64,000 nucleotides of DNA from NCBI GenBank assembly GCA_002269645.1, contig NIVC01000001.1, positions 124,001 to 188,000 on the forward strand, written 5' to 3'. This stretch comes from Macrostomum lignano. Lineage: Eukaryota. This document shows, piece by piece, positions 53,882 to 64,000 of the stretch. The position numbers were made by a program, and so were the translations under genes. Position 1 is the first letter of the stretch. Each line of letters begins with the position of its first letter. Under the pieces are notes generated by a model. It did not search any database, was not told where the DNA came from, and saw nothing but the letters and a program-made list of their open reading frames with translations.

Positions 53882-54511
53882 CATGGAGGAAAGAATAGAA
53901 TGGAGTGCTAATCTGAGCCAGTTATTTTTATCTCGCTCGATCTTCGCTTTTAACATCCCTTTCCCCCCGTTCCTTCCTATTGGCTCGTGACTACCATAGA
54001 CAAAGTCTTTTTCGTCTCGATTTCGTTTTCGCCCCCTCGGAAAGTAACACCATCTGAAAGTAGTATCGTGGACTATATATGACTATAATGCCAGTGGATA
54101 CAGCATGCGAAGCTTTGAGCAAAAATTCAATCTGCGTGCTTCTGTACATTCGGTCAATTCATAAGATTCACTTGAATCTAAAAACGTTATATTACTAAAA
54201 TACATGATACGTTATATTTTGCAGTGTATATACAAGAGTCGTTGTGTGACCGTACTATGTTCCGTAGCTACTAAGAAAAGAAGATTTGAAAAACAGTAGC
54301 ATAAAACATATTTTGACGTGAGCTCGTACTTTGGTGTGACATATTTTTCAGAGGGGGTGAAAACGAAATCGAGACGAAAAAGACTTTGTCTATGGCAGTC
54401 ACGAGCCAATAGGAAGGAACGGGGGGAAGGGATGTTAAAAGTTAAGATTGAGCGAGATAAAAATAACTGGCTCAGATTAGCACTCCATTCTATTGTTTCC
54501 TCCCATGCATG
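53882..54511. mobile_element. Long-TIR foldback non-autonomous DNA transposon, hAT-like
   Basis: About 160-bp TIRs (53882-54043 and 54346-54507) with only a few mismatches; CATG termini; perfect 8-bp TSD GTGACGCC. Confidence 0.85.
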
Positions 54512-54698
54512 GTGACGCCTTCATCCATGAATTGCACCATAGAGATAATACATGTGACAAAAGAGCTAATGCAATTCTAAGGCACTTCATCATCCATGTT
54601 TAGATTCTGGTTGAAATCAACTGACTAATTATAGTGCTCGAGGTGCACCAGAATATCGTATATATTATTTTCAAGAGCTAATCTACCAATTGATAACA

Positions 54699-57368
54699 AT
54701 GTTAATGGATCCTGATTGTAACAGAGAAATTGTCAATGCAGCAAATCACGTAAGTACATGTAATTATTACCGAGTGTATGTTCTAAAACAGCTTAAATGT
54801 TTTTTATCACCGAAACGCCTCTCGCTGTACATCTCGGATCTTCGTAAATTGTAGAAATTCGGGAAGGAATTTTTTCAACGCATCTTTAATTGGAACCTGA
54901 CGCAGCAGGCCAGTATGCAGAATATTATCCGCAATAAAGTGCACGATTTCTTAAAGTGAGCAACGCTAAGTTAGTCGGTGCATGATAGTCTCAATTGCGA
55001 GTAACTGTTGTTCAATAATTATCGGAATTAAATCCTGTAAATTGCAGGCTGCGAAACAGCAGAGGTCTGCCGGTCCGCTGGTGCTACGTACCGACATTGC
55101 CGACTTACCACGGCGGCGCGGGCACGTGCTTAGCCATGGACTTTGGCTGCTCCGATCACTACATTAAACTGTCATTGTGCTGCGTCGCTCAACGCGGAAG
55201 TTCGCTAAATCTGGTTGACGAGCGCGCCTTCGTCCTGACTCCGTCGCTTCGTCGAGCTCCGATGAGCAAGTTCTCCGACTTTGTCGCTCTGTGCATCAAG
55301 CAGATGCTCGTCGACAACGGGGTGGCCTGCACGAGCGGCTCTGCCACCGTCTACATGGGCGTTGCAGCCGGCTTTGATGTCTGGGTGGAGGCTCAGCGGC
55401 AGCCGGCCAGCGCAACTGTGCAGACCGCTTCCAAGGGCTATCAAATGCCCGGCTTTGTGGGGAGCGACTTCGTACTGAAGTTTCATGCAAGTGCATGCTT
55501 TCATTCTAGAAAGTGATCGAGTTTCATTCCTCTGCTTTCCTCTTCCCTTCTCGAGGCTTAAGCTCACATACAAATCCCCGTTTGCCTGAATTTTCCTGAA
55601 AACTATTGCAGAAGTCAAGAGATGGTGCAGTAAAATCTCCCAAAAATTATTTCTAGGAAGCGTTCAAGAGAATCAATCTGACCGTAGAAATCGTTACGGT
55701 GATAAATGATGCAGTGGGCACCCTGCTGTCAGGCGTTTATCAGGCATTTCTTAGCGGAAATAGTGCGGACTGTTCCATCGGAGTACTGTGCCACCGGATC
55801 GGCGCCAACCTGGCCTACCTGGAAACTGACCAAGACTTCCTCGAAGTGTGTAGCTTGGACAACCGTCTGCTGCTCCGAAGACCAACGGGTGACGGTCACT
55901 GCGTTGTTGTCAACTCGGAGGCTGGCTTCTTCATCGGGCAGAATAAGGAACTCGATGATCTGGCGAATGTTTTCGATAACAGTGTAATGAATGAGCTGAA
56001 AGCGGTGCTCCGACTGGAGTGCATCATCTCTGGCGCGTGGTTCGCCCACCTATTGGAGAGGTGCATTCGCATTCTGATCAATACGAGTGCGATCGATGCT
56101 TGGTCAATAGCTGGAGAGAACTGGACGCTAAACCAAGCAAAAGGCTTCGAAGTGTTCACTTTGTTCGACGCCCTACATGTCGAAAAGAGTCCGCCAAACG
56201 AGCTGGCAGCGAACCTTGGTCGACTCCTTGATCTCCAGAACCTGTCTCGTGCCGATGTGTCCCGCATCGCTGTAATCTGTAAGGCCATTGTGGGCCGCAA
56301 TGCGAGAGCCATCGCAAACAGCATCATAGCCATTGCCCAGTGCTCCTACGGCGTCACTTTTCCCAAATCAATGGCAATTTCTTACGGTGGCAACTTGTTC
56401 GCCTCTCTGTTGCAGCTGAAAGATTTGCTGCAATCCGAGCTGAACAAACTTAAGCCAGACGGAACTGAGGTGAGAATTGCCATCCGCGCTTCGTTCTTAT
56501 ATAGCAGGGCTCGGCAAACTTTATTAACTTCAAAGGCCACATAGAGAATCTATGGAGAGAGGAGAGAAGAAAGATAGGAGAAAGTAGATGCGAGGGTATA
56601 AAAAAGAGAAGAAAAACAAGAGACGAGAGACGAGAGAGGAGAGAGGAGAGAGGAGAGAGGAGAGAGAAGAAGAGAGACGAGAGAAAAGAAGAGAGAAGAG
56701 AGTGGAGAGAAGAGAGGAGAGAGGAGATAAAAGAAATGAGAGGAAAGACGATAGAGGAGAGAGGAGAGAAGAGAGATGAAAGAGGAGAGAGAAGAGACGA
56801 GAGAGGAGAGAGGAGATAGGAGAGAAAAGAGACGAGGGAGAATAGCAGAGAGGAGAGGCGGAAGACGAGAGGAGAGAGGAGAGAAGAGAGAAGAGAGATG
56901 AAAGAGGAGATAGAAGAGACGAGAGAGGAGAGAGAAGAGAGGAGAGAGGAGAGACGAGAGAGGAGAGAGGAGAGAGAAGAGACAAAAGAGGAGAGAGGAG
57001 AGAGGAGAGGCGAGAGACAAGGGAGTAGAGAGGATAGAAGAGAGAGGAGAGACGAGAGACGAGAAGAGAATAGGAAAGAAAATAGAAGATATTATTAGAG
57101 AGAAGCGAGCTAAAAAGCAGACGCAGGCCTTGATCGGACCGGATTTCTATTGTGAATTTTCGAAGGACCCAAGGCTCAGATAAGAGGCTTCGCGGGCCGA
57201 AGTTTGCCAACCCCTCTCTTAAAGGTATAGCAGAATTCACCAAGCATTCGATTTGAAGGCGCACTGTTGGTTTTTCAGATTTCCCTGCTGCATTCGAATG
57301 CATCGCTTGGCTGCGCAGTGACCGCCCTGAGTGCCGGCCTGGCTGCCAGCAAAAAAATTGAGTTTTAG
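54699..57368 (+). CDS. Highly divergent single-domain hexokinase-like protein, about 497 aa
   Basis: Exons 54699-54749 (start tentative), 54855-54955, 55048-55486 (GC donor), 55657-56469, 57279-57368. Colinear hexokinase motifs: LAMDFGCS (LALDLGGT), FSDFVALCI (LFDHIAECL), SKGY (TKGF), VINDAVGTL (VVNDTVGT), GANLAYLE, VNSE, LECIISGAW (FEKMISGMY), ASLGCAV (GSGxGAA). Confidence 0.8.
56505..57216. mobile_element. Old Charlie/hAT-like element with AG-rich low-complexity interior in the last intron of the hexokinase-like gene
   Basis: Left CAGGGCTCGGCAAACTT, right AAGTTTGCCAACCCCT; degenerate TSD; right-end homology to 25780-25866 (AGAGGCTTCGCGGGC). Confidence 0.55.
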
Positions 57369-57633
57369 TTCCAGCCAAAGCTTTGATGAATTAAAAATAC
57401 GATCTATTATTTCTTGCTTATCAAAGTATTTTATTGCACATAATAATGTATAAATAAGTTTTGCATTTATATTTTGTCCTTTTGCAAGATGCACTATATA
57501 GATGCATTGTACTTAAAGTGAACAAAACATTGCGAGAATTAGTACAGACCAGTATCAAATGAAAACAAGCTAAAACCCACCATTTAGTAAGAGGCATGAG
57601 GATCTCGTCGAAGCTAATGTACACATGTAGAAC

Positions 57634-57866
57634 CAGGCGCGTCGCCACCGGGGGCAGGGGGGACATGTCCCCCAGTAAAAGCTATGGGGGGGGACAAAGC
57701 ATTGCCAAAATGAGTGCCTGCGGCGCTAAAATGAGTGACTGTGGCGCTAAAATGAGCGCTGACAACACGATTCTGAAAATAATGGAAATGTAGGAATTTT
57801 GTCATGTACATGTTGAATTCTTGGCTTTGCCCCCCCCCCACCATAAAATCCATGGCGACGCCCCTG
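57634..57866. mobile_element. hAT-type MITE, copy 2
   Basis: Same termini and internal motifs as 53274-53507; TSD TGTAGAAC/TGTAGAGC (7 of 8). Confidence 0.8.
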
Positions 57867-57879
57867 TGTAGAGCGAAGG

Positions 57880-58745
57880 GGGACCTTTTAGAAGAGGCCC
57901 GCATCCACCAGTCGAGCATCATCTGCATCTTCGTGGACTTCCTGAAGGCCTTCGACTCGGTGTCGAGGCGGGTCATCGCGAACATCCTGCGCGCGTATCA
58001 CGTACCTGAGCAGCTGGTGACGGCTGTGTTAGCTCTGTACCAGGAGACCAGGGCGGCAGTTGTGACGCCGGATGGCCTTTTCGACTTTTCGACACGTCTT
58101 CCGGCGTTCTCCAAGGGGACACCTTGGCCCCATTTCTGTTCGTCCTGATCCTGGACTGCGTACTGCGCACCAGACTCCGTGACGACTCCAACAACGGATT
58201 CTTGCTTTGTTGCTGAAGAGCAAGCAGGCAACACCCCGAGATCTACTGCCGCTGCATGAACGGGCAGGCGGCGTTGCTGCCTCGCTGCAAAGAGTTCATA
58301 TATCTACCTGGGCGGTCTAGTGCCAAGTATCATGGCGACTGTTCCAGGCAGTCACAGAAACCGTCCTCTTTTATAATGCTGGAATGTGGACACTGACCGG
58401 CCCACAGGAGCGGCAACTCGACGCCGCTCACGCTGGACTTCTGCGAGCCGCCTTCGGTGTCCACTACTCACCGACCGCCACTGCACCAACACCAGCAATG
58501 ACGAGCTATACCGACGGGTCCAGCTCTCCCGACCCAGCCACGGCGCCTACAGCTGGCCGGCCACTTCATCCGGGCAGAGCAGTACTGCCCTGAGCCGCTG
58601 CAGACGTGCTTCTGCTCGATCTCTTCAAAGGCCGCGGTGGCATGGTCAGGCGAGAAGTCTGCGTTTCGTCTGTCTGCTTCTAAGAGATGCTGAGATGTCT
58701 GACCATCGCGGAATCGCTGTTCTACGCAACAGCTCTTCGCTTGCG
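57880..58745 (+). mobile_element. RTE-like LINE reverse-transcriptase remnant, same family as 52338-52955
   Basis: FVDFLKAFDSV, GVLQGDTLAPFLFVLILD, MWTLTGPQERQLDAAHAGLLRAA, LQLAGH; frameshifted, YADD region missing. Confidence 0.85.
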
Positions 58746-58860
58746 CGCGCATTTTGACAGCAGCCCAGCTTGGCTTGTCCAGGGTTGCTGTAGTTTGCTG
58801 TTGTTGCTGTTTTTGAAGGGGGGCTGTGGCCCGGGGTTCTATTGCGGCGCTCTGATGTTA

Positions 58861-58988
58861 CAGCGGCCTAGGCTCGATTCCAAGTGCAGTCTAAATTGGA
58901 ACCTCGGCTTGGCTCTGCTCGTGCAATTAACGCCCTAGAGGCACAGTGAAGTGTACATGCCTAACGATAAATAAAGTTAGGGCCGCTG
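58861..58988. mobile_element. Small TA-TSD MITE (Tc1/mariner-like ends)
   Basis: TA|CAGCGGCC...GGCCGCTG|TA, 128 bp; partial second copy at 2594. Confidence 0.65.
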
Positions 58989-59962
58989 TAGACTCCTGTG
59001 TGAGTGCGTGATTGCGTACGTACGTAATTGCGCGCTTGTGTGCCTGCCGGTTGTGTAACAGGGTGCACACAGCGAACTGCCTCCAATGAAATGCAAGAAA
59101 TTTTATCGGATGTTCTTTTTGCTGCCTTCAAAGAATGCCGAGCATAAGTCAGAATGCCAACTTCGCAGATGCAGCTAAAGCCCAAAACGCGGCTTACCGC
59201 GGGAGCTTACTTTTTCACCATTACAGCAATGGCAGCCAAAATCTTTGGACATTTGAATGTCACCTAATTTCAGTAAAACTAAACATCTACACATTCCTGC
59301 ATTACCGGCTGATATGAGCGGTAACTTTGAAACAGAATACGGCTTGTATCATCGACTAAAACCGAGGGTATGTAATTTTTGAAAGTCAGTTAGTTCCTCT
59401 ACGAGAATAAATTTAAACAAACTTTTACGAGTACACAGCATGACAAACTAAATTATTTTATTCTTAGTAAAGCGAGGTTAACAAAAAGCTTTGCACGATT
59501 AAAAGCAGATAAACATCAATCCGTGGCAATCAGTGGAAAATTTGAGAACTTTGATGACTTCTTAATTGATGGGATAGAATTTGTTTTTGTCTTGCAATAA
59601 ATTCAGAACGTCACACTCAGGTCATGAAATAAACGTTTTTATAGAGCTGAAAACCGCACATCAATGGCATGCAAAAGTGTGTTGTAACTTGAATCAAAAA
59701 GAGTTAAAGCTCTGCTTTTCTAAAAGTACATAAAACTAAATTGCTAATCGGGACGATGAAGCATTGATTCGGAAGTAAGGATGATATTCGAGTATAATAT
59801 TGCTCTAAAGGTTTGAGTACGAGTCTATGATTTGCGAACTCGTTGGTTAAATTATTTTAAATTCAAATTTGTGTCCAATTCGAAACCTTTTGCACAAAAA
59901 TCGACTATCAAAATGTGTTTAATCCGTCAGGCTCAGTGACTACTTGTGAGTAGCTCTAAGCT

Positions 59963-62900
59963 TTAAAAAGGCAGCTTAGCCAAGGACAGAGCCAGTCCGA
60001 AAGCCATCGTCAGGACTCCCAGAGCCGCGGTGACAATTGAGCCAGCCTTTGGCGTTGTGGCTGGAGCCTGAGTGGTCATCTCAGCAGCAATGAAATCTCG
60101 GTACCACTTGGCGCTGTCCTTCAGGGTTCTGGGCCGCTCAGGATCGTTGAAGTCCACCGAGACGATGCCGAAGTGCTCCGTGTAGCCCTCGGCCCATTCG
60201 AAGTTGTCCATGAGGGACCAGGCGAAGTAGCCGACTACGTTGCACTTGAACTCGTTCTTGGCTGCAGGTATGGTGAAAGAGAATCAAATCGGGCATTCGT
60301 GGCATTGATGAAGAGCCGTGCGTGTAGAGAGAAGGGACTATAGGAGACCATCCTCTTCAAACTTCGTTCATAGCCAGATGATCAATATCAAAAATACAAT
60401 CAAGGATGTCCTCAGACAAGTAACCTGGCATGGGACTGTTTTGTATCTGTTAGAAGCTAGTAAAGAATGCCTTATTAAGTAGTCTTGAGCTGCGGCAGTG
60501 CCCTATGGACTCCATTCTAGAGCATTCAATGTGATAGAATTTCTGTTTGTTTTGTAAATATTCAGCTCAAGATTATTACCCTGCGTAACGTTGCCGATGT
60601 ACTCTCTGTAGAAGTCAATCCGGTGTTGATCACTGGTGGTCCCGTCATTGTCAGAAACTCCGTTCTCCGTGACAACAAGGGGCGGGTTGTCGTACCGCGC
60701 GCTGAGCCACTTAATGCCCTCGCGAATGCCGAATGGTGTCACCTTGAGCCAGATGCTGCCGCTTCCAGGCCAGCTGGGATCCAGAGAGGAAACCAAGTCC
60801 TGATCGTCAAAGTATCCGCCATCGTTGCTCAGTATTTTGTGCTCAGCAATGCTGGACGTGTAATAGTTCAGGCCAAAGAAGTCGCTGGTGCCTTTCAGCT
60901 CGGCTTTCTCTTCCGCGGTGAACTCGGGCAGCCTGGGGAAAAAACAAAGAAGAGCAACAAGACCTTTAGAAGGGCTTAAAAATCTTTATCCAGCAACGAT
61001 ATCTGTCTGAAAATCTAAAGAAGTGAAGCATAGAAAATAAGCGGTCTGTTTCCGGAACGAATGAAGCCGGCAAAGACATCCTGCTTGCAGCTGTCTTCAT
61101 CTGAACACGCACTAAAGAACGTGTTGGAAAGAAAAGCTGGGCAAACAGAAACCGGATTAGAACCCGATTGGAGGCTGATATTTCTAAACGCCAGTTTAAT
61201 ACCTAGCCAAACTGACTTGAACGGTCAGAAATTCGTACCTTGACTTTGGCAAGCCGGCTGCCGCGCTCTTGTTACCGATCCGGGTCTTCATCTCCTCGGG
61301 GTAGTCGCCGAAGTACACCGGGTCGGAGTACCAGCCAAACATGAATTCCATGGCTCGCTGAGCGGCTTTCTTGTCCAATTCGCTGGACGTGTTCTTCGGC
61401 AATACGTAGGCGCCATTGAGCGTGATGCCAACTTTGCCCTGCTGCGTGGGCTTGAATTCTTTCTCGTAGATCCTGTAGGCCTTGGCGTGGGCTCGCAGGA
61501 GATTGTGTCCCACAATGTACAGGGTAGTCTTTAACTCCTTCTTGCCGGGCGCGTGTCTGCCTTCTCCGTTGCCCACCACGTTGAACACCCACGGCTCGTT
61601 GAATGTGATCCACCACTTGACCTGGATGAAAGAAATGGAGGATTTTTCATAGAAAAGTACAAGTACACCGGGTTCTTGGATCCATCGATAGATGGCTATA
61701 AGGCAGCGTACGAGTTTAAAAGAAAAAATTTTGTGTGCTGTGAATGTGCGTGCTCTAGTTTACGATAGGCCGACGACACAGCCCTCAGTGTTTCAGCAGC
61801 GGTGGACCCAGGATCGACTGCAGCATGACTTGACTGACTGCTTGTGCAACGGTAAACTGTACCATTGACATTTCTTGCGTTAATACGTCTGCTCATCCCA
61901 CCCGTATTCTGTCACCTTTTTGCGTGGGGGTGATGTTGTGAAAATGCATGCGCTATGCTTTTACGAGTAAATGTATGTGACGAACGCGCACAGATGTACA
62001 TCTATAAGTCAGACAATGCTGCAGTTACAACAATCTGCAAGAAAATCCTATGGCTTTTGTTAAAACTGACATTTTGATTCTGAGCTTTCGACTTCAACGC
62101 ATTTTTGCGGTTTGCCAAGATTGCGAAACTGCATGAGAACAGTGGAAAGATTCCAAGGTCCCACACCATCAATCAATCTTGAAGATAAGTAATCAATTCA
62201 CGTATAGGTTTGTCGCCAAGCAGAAAAAAGAGAGAAGAACTTTAAAGAAATTGCAAGAAACTTTTGGAGCGAAAAATATTACACTAACAATATTCAAGAG
62301 CTGATCCTTCAGTGAAACGGTGAACTGATAAGATAGCAGATTTTCTTAGTTTGAGTTTTTAAATCGAGATATACCGCTGTCTAAACCAAAGTCGTCAATG
62401 TCAAAAAGATGTCATCTATGAAAAACTTGCTTATGAAAACTTTCAAGTCAAGCTAGAGATAAAGCGACAGTGTTTTGACAAACTGATAACGTCACCCAGA
62501 AACCGTCACAAACAGGCCACCAAAGTTGTTGGCCTAGGTCCCTGAGGAACGGTAAATTCATTCAATGACATTCTAAAATTCAACTGGAGGGTGTGTTAGT
62601 TTATATTCGCACACCCTAAGCTTAGGCGTCCGTTTTTGAGGCATTTTGGCTGATGCCTCACTCACACGGCTGGCTCTACAGCAAATGATCCTGCATGACA
62701 CGGCCGTGTCAATTTTCCTATCGAAAGAAAATTCCTAATCAGTTCACCACTAGCTCACCTTGTCGCCCAGGCTCTTAAACATCAGCTTGGCGTAGTCCAC
62801 AAAGTGCGGAATGATCTGCTCGCTCTCCCAGCCCTCAAACTCATTCTGCAGAGTCAGCGGCAGGTCCCAGTGGTAGAGAGTCGCCATGGGCTGAATTCCG

Positions 62901-63545
62901 TTTGCCAGCAGTTCGTCCACCAGGTTTACGTAATATTGAATGCCTTTCTCGTTGATGCCACCCGCCAGGGTTCCGTTGGGCAGAACTCGAGGCCACGAGA
63001 TCGAGAATCGGTAACCATTGACGCCTAACTGTTTGAGCAGCTGGACATCCTCTTTGTACTTTTCATAGCTTCTGCAGGCTATGTCGCCGGTGCTGTTGTC
63101 CTTGATGGTGGTGCCGTTTCGGCGGACAAACTCGTCCCAGATGCTCATTCCTTTGCCTGAGAATGGTGTGGTTCAAGACTGGAGTTATTTCCAGGCGTAA
63201 TTTCCAAGCTATTTCCAAGCAACGTCATCAATTTCCAGACGCCATTTCCAAGCTATTTCCCAGCGATGCCATCAAAGCCCCTTAACAGATACTACATCAA
63301 AACGGGATGAAATACACAGTGATCTTTAATTGTTCGCTTATAGCAAGTACCTATTTCTTGCCTTTACGAGCGTAATCGCCACTCAAAGCTGGTATACACT
63401 TACCGTCAACATCCCAGGCACCCTCGATCTGGTAGGAGGACGTCGCCGTGCCCCAGATGAACTCCTGAGCGGTGCACTGTCGGGACATGCTGGTCAGCAG
63501 CAGAGTTAACGAAATCGCAGCGACTAGCGGCATTTGCAGCGTCAT
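59963..63545 (-). CDS. Glycoside hydrolase family 1 beta-glucosidase (lactase/myrosinase-like), signal peptide plus hydrophobic C-tail, 524 aa
   Basis: Exons 63545-63404, 63156-62759, 61621-61239, 60932-60580, 60261-59963 total 1575 nt. [31 protein letters not shown], acid/base TFNEP, nucleophile [18 protein letters not shown]. Confidence 0.96.
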
Positions 63546-64000
63546 TTTAAAACAATTTTTGTAGCACTGGGTCAGCTAAAACTTGGGAAAACTACACCGA
63601 TTTCCGGCTGGCGAATTCTCACGGGAATTTAAGCTCGCACAAACGAATCGAGTATCGAAGTCCAGGGAGCGGGGTGTGGCCGATATTTTATAACCATGGC
63701 ATTGCACTGCATGGTGCCTGGCATGCTGTTATCTTATCTTGGACGTTTGCCATGGGCTATGCAGCAAAAAATTAAGCATTCGGGCAGGACACCCGTTGAG
63801 TTTTCCACGCCATATTTACTGTACCTGGCTTGCTCTGACTGATTTTAAATGAATAATCTAAAGACCTGATGAAACTCCCTCTCCCATATCGACTCACTGT
63901 CAGTATTGGGCTTGCTGCAATGGAGCTGGTTAAGCAAAGTAATAAATTATTTGGATCTAGCCAGCCAATTTCTCACTGCCTCTTCGGCACAAGTCATTTT

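Noticed and set aside
56470-56544. Hexokinase-like ORF ending at the stop at 56544
   Set aside because: A GAG|GTGAGA donor at 56470 splices in phase to 57279-57368, which supplies the connect-2-like C-terminus.
52338-58745. One active retroelement formed by the two RT fragments
   Set aside because: They are on opposite strands, cover overlapping parts of the same ORF, and both have stops and frameshifts; independent dead insertions.

Overview
Eukaryotic (animal) genomic DNA with spliceosomal introns; no prokaryotic features and no CRISPR. GC-rich, Gln/Ala-rich exons and introns packed with minisatellites suggest a free-living flatworm such as Macrostomum (inference only). Manual exon stitching gives seven phase-consistent gene models plus one orphan ORF: SLC4A11-like transporter (-, runs off the left edge), UBE2E (+), proteolipid PLP/M6-family gene (+), intronless 222-aa orphan (-), glutaminase-like gene (-), Kir channel (-), hexokinase-like gene (+) and GH1 beta-glycosidase (-). 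Much of the rest is micro/minisatellite, MITEs, a tRNA-derived SINE and LINE remnants. Main findings: an intact glutaminase homolog lacking the catalytic S-x-x-K pair (reads ASQF), a hexokinase homolog with eroded ATP-binding motifs, two GC-AG introns, a minisatellite whose unit matches a transposon terminus, and a 200-bp CCAAT-box repeat. All homology calls come from motif comparison by eye against remembered family consensus, not database searches.
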